Source: Candidatus Eremiobacteria bacterium (GTDB lineage Bacteria > Vulcanimicrobiota > Vulcanimicrobiia > Vulcanimicrobiales > Vulcanimicrobiaceae). Taken from it: a DNA stretch of 64,000 nucleotides. The stretch's first letter is position 1. Each line of letters begins with the position of its first letter. Under the pieces are notes generated by a model, which had not been told where the DNA came from, searched no databases, and saw only the letters and a list, made by a program, of their open reading frames with translations. The DNA lies in contig CAVWUU010000004.1 in the NCBI GenBank assembly GCA_963758295.1, positions 704,001 to 768,000 on the forward strand, in the 5' to 3' direction. The position numbers and the translations under genes were made by a program. This document shows positions 18,068 to 27,799 of this stretch, one piece after another.

Positions 18068-19006
18068 ATGCTTGATTTTCCCACGCGCGCTTTTATGACG
18101 CTGGTACGATTGTCGGGACGCGGGTTTCACGACAACCTGAGCGTCGGGCAGGTTCGCGCGGATTACGCGCAGTTGAACCGGCGCTTGGGGTTCATCCGCC
18201 GTCGTGAGTTAGACGTTACGGACCTGACGATCCCGTCGTTTGACGGCACGCCGCTCTTCGCACGGTTATATCGCCCGCGCGACGTCCAACACCCGTTGCC
18301 GGTGATGCTGTATTTCCACGGGGGCGGATGGGTGATCGGCGACGTTGATTCCTTCGATCACCTCACGCGCTTTATCGCGCACGAGGGATCCATCGCGGTT
18401 CTTTCCGTGGACTACCGTCTCGCACCCGAGCATCGTTTTCCGGCCGCTTTCGAAGACGGCTTTGCCGCGTATGCATGGCTGCAGCAGCACGCTCGTGGCT
18501 TGCGTTTCGACCAACGCCGGATCGCCGTCAGCGGCGATAGCGCGGGCGCCGGTATCGCTGCCGCCATTTCAACGTACGGTGCCGGACGCGGACTCCCGCG
18601 TCCAGCGTATCAATTCCTCATCTATCCGCCGGTCGACGGCACTGGACGTTTTGAATCGCGCAGCGCATTCGTGCGCGGCTTGCCGCTCACGGCGCAAGTC
18701 GTCGACTGGTTCGGCCGCCATTATTTAACCCGCCCGGAAGACGCCGCTGCGCCCTTCATGACGTTGATCGACGCACCGAATCTCGAACGATTACCGAAGA
18801 CCTACATCCTTGCGGCGGGGTACGACCCGCTTGTCGATGAAGGCCGCGCGTATGCCGAACGGTTACAAAGCGCCGGCGTCGACGTCGCGTACGATTTGCG
18901 TCCCGCTCAGGCGCACGGCTTCGTTAGTTTTCCCCGCATCGCTCCGGCGGGCGGACGCGCCGTACGCGAAGCGGTGCATGCTGTCGCCAAGGAGCTTCAC
19001 CGTTAA
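18068..19006 (+). CDS. Alpha/beta hydrolase, HSL-family esterase
   Basis: 'HGGGW', 'DYRLAPEH', 'GDSAG', 'DPL', 'HGF'. Confidence 0.93.
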   Translation: MLDFPTRAFMTLVRLSGRGFHDNLSVGQVRADYAQLNRRLGFIRRRELDVTDLTIPSFDGTPLFARLYRPRDVQHPLPVMLYFHGGGWVIGDVDSFDHLTRFIAHEGSIAVLSVDYRLAPEHRFPAAFEDGFAAYAWLQQHARGLRFDQRRIAVSGDSAGAGIAAAISTYGAGRGLPRPAYQFLIYPPVDGTGRFESRSAFVRGLPLTAQVVDWFGRHYLTRPEDAAAPFMTLIDAPNLERLPKTYILAAGYDPLVDEGRAYAERLQSAGVDVAYDLRPAQAHGFVSFPRIAPAGGRAVREAVHAVAKELHR

Positions 19007-19018
19007 GAGTTTTCCTAG

Positions 19019-19861
19019 GTGAAGAAATTTCGCGGAAAGCGCGCCGTCATCACGGGAGCGGCCTCCGGCATCGGACGCGCGCTCGCGGTTGCGCTTTCCC
19101 GGCACGGCGCCAACCTCGAACTCGTCGATCGGGATGCGCAAGGCCTCGCGCAAACCGCCGCCCTTGCGCAACGCGACGGCATCGTCGCAAACACGCACGT
19201 TGTTGATGTCGGCGACAGTTCCGCGATGGGTTCGCTTTCCGCTGCCGTCGACACCCACGGCGGTGCCGACCTCGTGATCAATAATGCCGGCGTCGGGTTA
19301 TACGGCAGCGTGATGGAAATGTCGAATGAAGAGTTCGCGTGGCTTATGAACGTCAACTTCTGGGGCGTGGTCAACGGCGTGCGCGCGTTTCTCCCGCAAT
19401 TGCTTCTACGCCCGGAAGCGTGCATTGTGAACGTTTCGAGTCTGTTCGGTTTGTGGGCGCCGCCGGGACAAGCGGCGTACGCTGCAAGCAAGTTTGCCGT
19501 TCGCGGCTACTCCGAAGCCCTCCGCGCCGAATTGGCCGGCACAAACGTCGCCGTTTTTACCGTACATCCGGCCGGCGTCGCAACCGCGATCGCCAAACGG
19601 TCCCGGATTGCAGCAGCGGCAGACCAGGCTCGCGCAGCTTCAGAGTCAGAGAAGTTCGACCGCCGGTTCCTCACGATGCCGCCCGAGCGCGCCGCCGAAA
19701 TCATTCTCAACGGGATCCAACGCAATCACGGTCGCATTCTCGTGGGCAAAGAAGCGCACCGAGTCGAGCTTCTTCTTCGAATCCTCGGTTCGCGAGCCGC
19801 GACTTTGCTGAACCGTCGTGTGCCGTTCGATTCGCGTCGCAATGGCAAGACTGATGCTTGA
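19019..19861 (+). CDS. Short-chain dehydrogenase/reductase
   Basis: 'TGAASGIG', 'NNAG', 'YAASK'. Confidence 0.94.
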   Translation: MKKFRGKRAVITGAASGIGRALAVALSRHGANLELVDRDAQGLAQTAALAQRDGIVANTHVVDVGDSSAMGSLSAAVDTHGGADLVINNAGVGLYGSVMEMSNEEFAWLMNVNFWGVVNGVRAFLPQLLLRPEACIVNVSSLFGLWAPPGQAAYAASKFAVRGYSEALRAELAGTNVAVFTVHPAGVATAIAKRSRIAAAADQARAASESEKFDRRFLTMPPERAAEIILNGIQRNHGRILVGKEAHRVELLLRILGSRAATLLNRRVPFDSRRNGKTDA

Positions 19862-21303
19862 CGTAGCGATCGTCGGAACGGGATTCGCCGGCATCGGGAT
19901 GGCCATTGCTTTGCGACGTGAGGGAACGTATTCATTTGCAATATTCGAGCGCGCATCGGACCTCGGCGGTACCTGGCGAGCAGACCGTATCCCGGCTGCG
20001 CGTGCGACATTCCGTCGATGCTGTACTCTTATTCATTCGAGAGCGGGACCGGCTGGTCACGGCGTTATCCCGGTCAGCAAGAAATCTGGTCCTACCTGCG
20101 CCATTGCGCGCGCAAGTATGGTGTGCAAGACGCCATCCGCTTCAACTCCGAGATCGTCGAGCGCGCTGGAACGACGCCGATTGTTCTGCGCTCTGCAGAT
20201 GCGCAGCGGCGAAACGTTCGACGCTCGGGTCGTCGTTTTCGGACTTGGCGGCTTAAGCAATCCCGCCCATTCCAAACCTCTCCGGCATCGAACGATTCAG
20301 CGGTCCCGCATTTCATTCGGCCACGTGGGATCATTCCGTCGACTTAACCGGAAAGCGCGTCGCCGTGATCGGCACCGGCGCAAGCGCCGTTCAATTCGTT
20401 CCGGAACTTGCCCAACAAGCCGGCCACCTCACGGTCTTCCAACGCACCCCGCCCTGGATCGTCCCGCGCGGCGATGCTGCCGTATCGGGTTTCAAACAAT
20501 GGCTCCGTCGCAGAGTCCCGGGCTACTCGTGGCTGGTACGGAAGCTCATCTACTGGACACTGGAATTACGCGCATATGCGTTCACCGTCAATCCACGCGT
20601 ACTGCAGTTTAACGAACGTTTCGCGCTCAAGCATTTGCACCATCAAGTTCCCGAGCCGGATCTGCGCAAAAAACTCACACCCGACTACCGAATGGGCTGC
20701 AAACGCGTCCTCTTGTCGGACGATTACTACCCCGCGTTACGGCGCTCGAACGTTACGCTCGAAACTACGGAAATCGCAGAAGTCCGCGAACGCTCGATCG
20801 TCACAAAAGATGGCACCGAATATCCCGTTGATGCAATTGTGTTCGGCACCGGCTTCCGCGCCCAACAATTCATCACACCCCTACGAGTCGTAGGCCGCAA
20901 CGGCGCCACACTCGACGAAGCGTGGCAAGACGGACCGAAAACCTATCTAGGAATCAATACCGCCGGCTTCCCAAACTTGTTCTTCCTGGCCGGCCCGAAC
21001 ACGGGACTCGGTCACAACTCCATGATCCTCATGATCGAAGCGCAAATCCGCTACGTGATGAGCGCCCTGCAAACCATGCGCAATCGCAAGCTTACCGCCC
21101 TAGACGTTCGCGAAGAAACGCAAACACAGTTTCAACATGGCCTCGCCAGACGTAACGCGCAAACCGTGTGGTCGTCCGGCTGTCGCAGCTGGTATCTCGA
21201 CTCTTCCGGCCACAACACCGCATTGTGGCCCGGCTTCACTTTCGCTTACCGCTTTTTAACTCGCCGCCTTAAGTTGCCGGATTACCAAGCTGCGAAGGAA
21301 TAG
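19854..21303 (+). CDS. Baeyer-Villiger monooxygenase / flavin-containing monooxygenase, frameshifted in the 5' third
   Basis: 'GTGFAG', 'GGTW', 'YPGCACDIPS', fingerprint FSGPAFHSATWD, 'GTGASA' spread over frames; shifts near 19980, 20160, 20270. Confidence 0.85.
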
Positions 21304-21748
21304 GTGCCCTTGGGTTAAGCCAGACGGGTGCGCCATCTTGGCACCTGCCGAACTCCATCAACGGCCGTGCCTCCCAGCTCTGGGTGTCGAACCCTTCGCC
21401 ACAATCATGAATGCACGATGACGCCGGCGGAGTGTGGCACGAGCTCAATACAAAATCGTAGGGTATCGATCGATTTACGTACCCAAGGTCTACAACGAAG
21501 ACGCCATTTGAGTCGACCGTGTATCGAATACCTCTACGGTAATCCTCTTTTATCAGCGCGGCCAGACTGATAATCTCAGATCGCCTGGCGAGCGAAAGAT
21601 CCGTCATCTTGGGTATTCCGCCTACAAAGGCGGAAGAAAAGGCATGCGATGACGGCGGGGCCGTTGCATTCGACTTCGCAGACTGATGTGCAACTGTGCA
21701 CTGGTTCAAGACAAACACCATTGCGAGCACGGCGCATTGAAGAGCCAC
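21269..21748 (-). CDS. Hypothetical exported, Cys-containing protein
   Basis: Open frame from GTG 21748 with a hydrophobic N-terminus (MALQCAVLAMVFVLNQC); no recognised motif. Confidence 0.35.
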   Translation of the reverse strand: MALQCAVLAMVFVLNQCTVAHQSAKSNATAPPSSHAFSSAFVGGIPKMTDLSLARRSEIISLAALIKEDYRRGIRYTVDSNGVFVVDLGYVNRSIPYDFVLSSCHTPPASSCIHDCGEGFDTQSWEARPLMEFGRCQDGAPVWLNPRAPIPSQLGNPAT

Positions 21749-21980
21749 TGGATCAGGACGACGTCTTGTCTTATTCAGACAGTTGCGGCACAGCATTGAT
21801 GCATCCGTTGCGCGTCGTGCAGCCCCCTGGAGGGCCGCCCGGCTTGCTCGTGGGTTCAGGACTGCTTGGAGCAAACCCACCGTTACCACCAGGCGGAAGA
21901 GGCTGCAGTGTAGCAAAGGAACCGCTCGCAGCAGCTGCGCGCGGTGCCGTGGCTGATACTCACACGGCGACAAACGCTGC

Positions 21981-23348
21981 CTATTTGAAGGCGATTCCAA
22001 GCACTTCGCGTGCGATGCGTGTCTTGTGGAGGACTTCGGCGTATTCGGCTTCCGGATCGCTATCGGCGACGATGCCGGCCGAGGCTTGCCAATAGGCGCG
22101 GCCGTCCTGAACGTGGATGCTGCGCAGCGTAATGCATGAGTCGAAATCGCCGTTGAAAGCCCAGCGGCCGATGCTTCCGGCGTAGAAGCCGCGGGTGACC
22201 GGTTCCAGTTCCTCGATGAGTTGCATGGCTCGGGCCTTCGGCGTACCGGTGACGGTGCCGGCGGGGAAGCCGGCTTTGAAAAGGTCGAGTCCGTCGCATT
22301 CGGGATTCAATTCGCCGACAACATCAGAAACAATGTGCATTACGTGGCTGAAGCGTTCGATTTGCAGCAGTTCGTCGACGACGACGGAGCCATACGTGCA
22401 CACCATGCCGAGATCGTTGCGCCCGAGGTCGACGAGCATTACGTGCTCGGCGCGTTCTTTTTCGTTTTCGAGCAGCTCTTTGGCGATTGCAACGTCCTCG
22501 GCGTCTGAAGGACCGCGCGAGCGAGTACCGGCTAAGGGACGAATACGCGCCTTGCGGCCCTCGAGGCGTACCAGAAACTCGGGCGATGCGCCGAGGAGCT
22601 GGCCGAACGGCGTGTCCACGTAAAACATATACGGCGACGGATTGCGGCGGCGCAGGGCGCGATACAGATCGAGCGGCGTGCCGTCCAAATCGACGCTGAA
22701 GCGAATCCCGATTTGCAGTTGGTAAACGTCGCCGTCGTAGATATGCTGCTTCACTCTGGCGACATGCCGGAGGTAAGTTTCCCGGTCCATCGACGTTGCG
22801 AGCGGACCGCTGCCGAAGACTTCGGCGGCAATTTCCGGTGCACGCGAGAGCATCTGCTGGAGGTACCGCTCCAGGCGCACGTCGATTTCCAGCGCGTCAA
22901 CACCGCTGCCCCACAGCACGAGCGTGTGTGACAGGTGATCGAAAACCAGCCACGTCGCCGGAACCGCGACGTACGCCGCCGGCATTGCGGGCGCGTCGAC
23001 GCGGCGTCGCGGCAAGTGCGCCATCGGCCGCGCTGCGTCGTAGCCGAAGACGACCAGCGCCCCGCCGAGACCCGTTGAATCTTCCGGCGGCCGATGCGCC
23101 GCGAGCGCTTCACGAATGCGATCGTAGAGATCCGGCGTTGCATCGAATGATTGCACGAATGCATAATCCAAGCCAATGAACGAATACCGCGAAAGACGGC
23201 CGCCGTGTTCGACGCTTTCAAGCAAACACGAAGCACCCGGAACGCCGAGCGCGAGAAAAGCGCCGATCGGCGTGATCACGTCCGCAACGATCGTGCGCGT
23301 TCTAACGAGCAAAGGCCGCCCGATCGGGCGGCCTCCTTGCGCAATCAT
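21981..23348 (-). CDS. trpE: Anthranilate synthase component I
   Basis: Trp-site motifs 'LLES' and 'NPSPYMF'; 'PLAGT', 'EHVMLVDLGRND', 'GTPK'. Confidence 0.9.
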   Translation of the reverse strand: MIAQGGRPIGRPLLVRTRTIVADVITPIGAFLALGVPGASCLLESVEHGGRLSRYSFIGLDYAFVQSFDATPDLYDRIREALAAHRPPEDSTGLGGALVVFGYDAARPMAHLPRRRVDAPAMPAAYVAVPATWLVFDHLSHTLVLWGSGVDALEIDVRLERYLQQMLSRAPEIAAEVFGSGPLATSMDRETYLRHVARVKQHIYDGDVYQLQIGIRFSVDLDGTPLDLYRALRRRNPSPYMFYVDTPFGQLLGASPEFLVRLEGRKARIRPLAGTRSRGPSDAEDVAIAKELLENEKERAEHVMLVDLGRNDLGMVCTYGSVVVDELLQIERFSHVMHIVSDVVGELNPECDGLDLFKAGFPAGTVTGTPKARAMQLIEELEPVTRGFYAGSIGRWAFNGDFDSCITLRSIHVQDGRAYWQASAGIVADSDPEAEYAEVLHKTRIAREVLGIAFK

Positions 23349-23358
23349 GGGGTCCGGG

Positions 23359-24024
23359 CTACCGCTTGAGTTCGGGATGTTCCTGCGTTAGCGAAGCGAC
23401 GTACGTTGGCGGTAGTGCGTCCATAATAGACGACACCGAATCCGCCGGCATCTGCGCGAACACCCGCGCAACATACACGACCGGCAGTCTTTGCACGACC
23501 TTCGCCGCGTTCTCCGGTTCCATGTTGGCCCAGTACTGCGCGGTACGCCGGATATCAGGAGTGGCATTCGCGGACAAATCGCTCGCACTACCGGAGGCGT
23601 CACTTGCGCTCGACGCGGCCGCGCCGAAAGGCCCCGCGCTCGCGGCCGGCTTTGCTGCTGCTTGTGCCGGCGCACTGGCCGATGCGGCTTGCGCCTGCAA
23701 CTGTCCCACTTCTCCCTGCAGCGAACCGATCTGCTTGTCTTTTGCCGCCGACTTCGTTTGAAGATCGGCGACCTGCGCTTGCAATTGCACGATCTGCTTG
23801 TTGCGCTCGGTCAACAGCTGATTTTGCGCGGCGAAATGGAACGGCGTGGCGACTCCGGCAAACGCGTTGTTCAGCGAACGCCATGCGGGCGCGGCCGGGC
23901 CGTTCGCGATGACGTTGCGCGACGGCTGCCACGACAAGGCAACAATCAGCAGCGCGATGGCAATGAGCGGCAAAATCAACCGTTTCCACGGAAAGGGCTT
24001 GCGCCGTTGGCGCGTGACGATCAC
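23359..24024 (-). CDS. MotE/YlxF-like flagellar protein
   Basis: N-terminal TM, coiled coil, C-terminal 'YWANMEPENAAKV'; follows fliJ. Confidence 0.75.
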   Translation of the reverse strand: MIVTRQRRKPFPWKRLILPLIAIALLIVALSWQPSRNVIANGPAAPAWRSLNNAFAGVATPFHFAAQNQLLTERNKQIVQLQAQVADLQTKSAAKDKQIGSLQGEVGQLQAQAASASAPAQAAAKPAASAGPFGAAASSASDASGSASDLSANATPDIRRTAQYWANMEPENAAKVVQRLPVVYVARVFAQMPADSVSSIMDALPPTYVASLTQEHPELKR

Positions 24025-24482
24025 GGCATACCTCCTACACCTGCGGCACGCCCGAATCTGCGGGCGTTACCGTCGTCGAGCTCGTTTTGCTCGACACGAA
24101 GTTCTTCAGCAAGGAACGCCTGGCGGCGGCGCTCCTTGAGCTTCTCGACGACCTTGCGCTCTTTACTCGCTTCGAGGAGATCTAGGCGCGCGCGATCGAC
24201 CGCGACCCGGCGTTCCGCAACGACGCGGATTTGCGCGGTGATGGCGCGATCGAGAAATTGTAAATGCGCGTAGTGCAAGCGCAACGACTCACCGTCGAAC
24301 GCGCGGTGGCTGGTGCGCAAACTCTCCGAGCCGGCGCGAAACTCATCGTTCAAGCGCTTCAACTCCGCTTCAGAAAAGTCGAGCTCGCGCTGCCGTTGCG
24401 CGACAACGTGTTGCTTTTCTTCTTCTACGCGCTTACGCTGTTCCAGCACCGGCTGCAGCGAGAACTTAAAGCGCTTCCCCAT
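24021..24482 (-). CDS. fliJ: Flagellar export protein FliJ
   Basis: 'FKFSLQPVL', 'ERKVVEKLKE...EQNELD'. Confidence 0.92.
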   Translation of the reverse strand: MGKRFKFSLQPVLEQRKRVEEEKQHVVAQRQRELDFSEAELKRLNDEFRAGSESLRTSHRAFDGESLRLHYAHLQFLDRAITAQIRVVAERRVAVDRARLDLLEASKERKVVEKLKERRRQAFLAEELRVEQNELDDGNARRFGRAAGVGGMP

Positions 24483-25798
24483 TAAGTCAGACTCATCAGC
24501 GACGCGAGGGTATGCTCGTAGGAACTCGTTTCATAGATGCCTTGCTTCAGGAAGTGCCGCACGGCTTCAACCTTCGAAATCGCGAAGTCTACGCGCGGAT
24601 TACTTCCCGGCACGTAAGCACCGATGTTGATGAGGTCTTCGGCTTCACGATACGTGGCGAGCACATCGCGCAACGCGGATGCTGCGGAGTAATGGTTTTG
24701 ATCCGCGACTTCCGGCATAACGCGGCTGACGCTTTGCAAGACGTCGATCGCGGGGTAGTGATTGGCACCGGCGAGTTGCCGTGACAACACGATGTGGCCG
24801 TCGAGAATCGAACGAACGGCGTCGGCAACGGGCTCGTTCATATCGTCACCGTCGACGAGGACCGAGAAGAGCCCCGTGATAGTTCCTCGTTCCGACGTAC
24901 CGGCGCGTTCGAGCAACTTCGGCAACGTCGCAAAAACCGACGGCGTGTATCCGCGCGTCGTGGTCGGTTCGCCGATCGCAAGGCCGACTTCGCGTTGCGC
25001 CATTGCAAACCGCGTCACGGAATCCATCATAAACATCACGTCCAGCCCCTGATCGCGGAAGTACTCCGCAATCGTCATCGCCACAAACGCCGCTTTGATT
25101 CGCACGAGGGCGGGCTGATCGCTGGTAGAAACGACGACGACGCTGCGGCGTAAGCCTTCTTCGCCGAGATCGCGTTCGATGAAGTCGCGGACTTCTTTGC
25201 CGCGTTCGCCGACCAGGGCAATGACGTTAACGTCGGCCGTAGTGTTGCGCGCGATCATGCCGAGGACCGTCGACTTGCCGACGCCCGAGCCCGCGAAAAT
25301 ACCGACACGCTGTCCTTTTCCGCACGTCAACAATCCGTCAATAGCCCGGATGCCCAGCGAGAGCGGTTCGGTAACGCGTTTGCGCGAGAGCGGGGGCGGA
25401 GGCGCGGCCGTTACGACGGCGCGATTGTCCGCAACGATCGTGCCTTTGCCGTCGATGGGACGGCCAAGACCGTTTAGCACGCGGCCCAAGAGATGATCGG
25501 TTACGCCGATTTCAAGCGGTGCCCCGTGCGCGACAACGTCGCTGCCTGCGCCGATGCCCATCTGCTCGCCGAGCGGCATGATAAGCACCTTGTTATCGCG
25601 GAATCCGACGACTTCGGCAAGCACCGGTTCAGCCGTGCGCTTATAGCTGATCTCGCACGTTTCGCCGACGGCCATGTTTGGGCCAAGGCTCTCGATGACC
25701 ACGCCGATGACTTGGCGCACTTTGCCATACTGCCGCATCAGGTCGGTTCCGCGCAGTTGCTCGAGGTATGATTCAGCCGAAAAAACCGGCAATTCCAT
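24482..25798 (-). CDS. fliI: Flagellar export ATPase FliI
   Basis: 'GSGVGKS', 'DSVTRFAMAQRE', 'YPAIDVLQSVSR'. Confidence 0.97.
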   Translation of the reverse strand: MELPVFSAESYLEQLRGTDLMRQYGKVRQVIGVVIESLGPNMAVGETCEISYKRTAEPVLAEVVGFRDNKVLIMPLGEQMGIGAGSDVVAHGAPLEIGVTDHLLGRVLNGLGRPIDGKGTIVADNRAVVTAAPPPPLSRKRVTEPLSLGIRAIDGLLTCGKGQRVGIFAGSGVGKSTVLGMIARNTTADVNVIALVGERGKEVRDFIERDLGEEGLRRSVVVVSTSDQPALVRIKAAFVAMTIAEYFRDQGLDVMFMMDSVTRFAMAQREVGLAIGEPTTTRGYTPSVFATLPKLLERAGTSERGTITGLFSVLVDGDDMNEPVADAVRSILDGHIVLSRQLAGANHYPAIDVLQSVSRVMPEVADQNHYSAASALRDVLATYREAEDLINIGAYVPGSNPRVDFAISKVEAVRHFLKQGIYETSSYEHTLASLMSLT

Positions 25799-25801
25799 TC
25801 G

Positions 25802-26692
25802 TCAGCTCGCTTGCGCCGAGGGGTGGAGAAGTTCTTCGCCAACGACGTGGCCGAGCGCGACGCTATCGTCCGCCCGAAGCACGCGGCGGGCTTCACGCAG
25901 TTGCGTCGTGACCTTTGCGTCGATGGTGCCGGCGTCGGTTTCCATGACAACGCCGCCGCGATCTACGCGCTTATCTTCAACGATGCGAAGCTGCTCGATG
26001 TCGCTGACTGAAACGATGGCATCCCGATGTTGGCGCATCGTTTCCAGGTCGGCCGGATTCACGCGCAACGTGACTACTTCGCGGCTCACCAGGCGCGTAA
26101 GCGCGCTGCGCACGTTCTCGACGACGACGTTGGGATCGATCGTTATTTGCTCGTGCACGATGCGCTCTGCAATCGCCATCGCCAAGCGAACGAGTTCCGG
26201 CTCCGCTGATTCAAAGACGTAACGGCGATTATCGCGCGTTTCAACCAGCAGGCCGTGCAACGTCCCGATCATTTCGCTCATCTGCGCGTCGGCCGCATTC
26301 TTTCCAACGTCGAAACCCGCATCGTACCCGCGGGTCCGCGCTTGCGCTTCGAGCGACTGCGCACGCGCTTCGGCTTGTTCGATGAGTTCCGTCGCGGAGC
26401 GCTGAGCTTGTTCGATCATCCGCTGAGCGTCGGCGGCCGCACGGTCGACGATTGCTTCGGCATCGGCGCGAACCTGATCCCAGTCGATTTGCGGTTCGGC
26501 AACCGGAAGCGGCTCGGGCGCAGCCGGCGCGAAGCTCGAAGCGAATGCCGCGTCTTCGTCAAAAGCCAACGGCGCAGCAAAGCGACCGTCGAGCTCGCCG
26601 GGAAATGCCGGCGGCTCTATGCCGTTTTCAACGCGCGGAACGGCGACCACGTATTTGCCGCCGACGTTTCCGCTTTTGACTATTTTACCCAA
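25802..26692 (-). CDS. fliH: Flagellar assembly protein FliH
   Basis: GxxxG repeat; 'VNPAD', 'GGVVMETDAGTIDA'. Confidence 0.92.
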   Translation of the reverse strand: MGKIVKSGNVGGKYVVAVPRVENGIEPPAFPGELDGRFAAPLAFDEDAAFASSFAPAAPEPLPVAEPQIDWDQVRADAEAIVDRAAADAQRMIEQAQRSATELIEQAEARAQSLEAQARTRGYDAGFDVGKNAADAQMSEMIGTLHGLLVETRDNRRYVFESAEPELVRLAMAIAERIVHEQITIDPNVVVENVRSALTRLVSREVVTLRVNPADLETMRQHRDAIVSVSDIEQLRIVEDKRVDRGGVVMETDAGTIDAKVTTQLREARRVLRADDSVALGHVVGEELLHPSAQAS

Positions 26693-26695
26693 GCG

Positions 26696-27787
26696 CTAGA
26701 CCAGCCGTTCGTCTTTCGCACCGCGAGCAATGACGATCTGGCCATTCTCTTCGAGCGTGCGAATGACGTCGACGATCTGCTGCTGCGATTTTCCGACATC
26801 ACGCATGCGCGTCGGACCGAGCAACTCGATCTCTTCCTTGAGCGTAGCACCGGCGCGCGACGACATGTTCTTGTAGATGCGCGCAAGCAGTTCTTCGTTG
26901 GCAACCTTGAGGGCGAGCGCCAGATCCTTGCCTTCCACTTCCTTGAGGATGCGCTGGATCGAACGGTCGTCGAGATTGATGATGTCTTCGAAGACGAAGA
27001 GCAGGTTCTTGACGTCTTGCGCGAGTTCGGGGTCGCGCTTGGTCAAGCCGTCGAGAATGTTCTTCTCCGTTTCGCGATCGACGAAGTTCATCACGTTCGC
27101 CAGCGATTGCACGCCGCCGGCCTTCGCGAAGTCCGCGCCGCTCACGAGCAGGCGGCGCCCAAGCAATTCGTCGAGCTGTTCCAAAACTTCGGGAGCCGTC
27201 TTCTGCAGAATGGCGATACGCATAGCGACTTCCGCCTGCAGATCCGGAGGCAGCGCGGAAAGCACGGCACCGGCCTGTTCGGCGGCCATGTACACGAGAA
27301 TCAGCGCGATCGTCTGCGGATGTTCGTCTTGAATGAACTGCAGCAGTTGCGCCGGCTCGGTCTTTTTGATGAGTTCGAGCGGATTACCGTGCTTGAGCGC
27401 GGCGAAGAGCCGGCTCGTCATGTCGTCGGCCTGCCCCGCGCCGAAGCTACGCTCCAGGATCTCCTTCGCGTATTCGATTCCGCCTTCGTTGATGTACTTC
27501 AGCGCGATAGCGCGCTGGTACGCTTCTTGAATGACGGAGTCGCGCTTTTCGATCGGAACCGTCGTGATCTTGGCGATCTCGAGGACGATGCGTTCGACTT
27601 CATCTTGACGCAAGAACTTGAAGATCGTCGCCGAGAGCTCCAGTCCAAGCGTGATTAGGAGAATCGCTGCTTTTTCGGGACCGGAAATCTCGATTTGCGG
27701 CGACTCCGGCAGCATGCCGAACGGCGGTTCGGGCATGCCCATGCCCAGTTCGCCGAACGAGGAAAGGTTTACGATAGGTGATTCCAT
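26696..27787 (-). CDS. fliG: Flagellar motor switch protein FliG
   Basis: 'KAAILL', 'EHPQTIAL', 'LFVFED', 'NMSSRA'. Confidence 0.96.
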   Translation of the reverse strand: MESPIVNLSSFGELGMGMPEPPFGMLPESPQIEISGPEKAAILLITLGLELSATIFKFLRQDEVERIVLEIAKITTVPIEKRDSVIQEAYQRAIALKYINEGGIEYAKEILERSFGAGQADDMTSRLFAALKHGNPLELIKKTEPAQLLQFIQDEHPQTIALILVYMAAEQAGAVLSALPPDLQAEVAMRIAILQKTAPEVLEQLDELLGRRLLVSGADFAKAGGVQSLANVMNFVDRETEKNILDGLTKRDPELAQDVKNLLFVFEDIINLDDRSIQRILKEVEGKDLALALKVANEELLARIYKNMSSRAGATLKEEIELLGPTRMRDVGKSQQQIVDVIRTLEENGQIVIARGAKDERLV

Positions 27788-27799
27788 GTCGCGCCTCTC

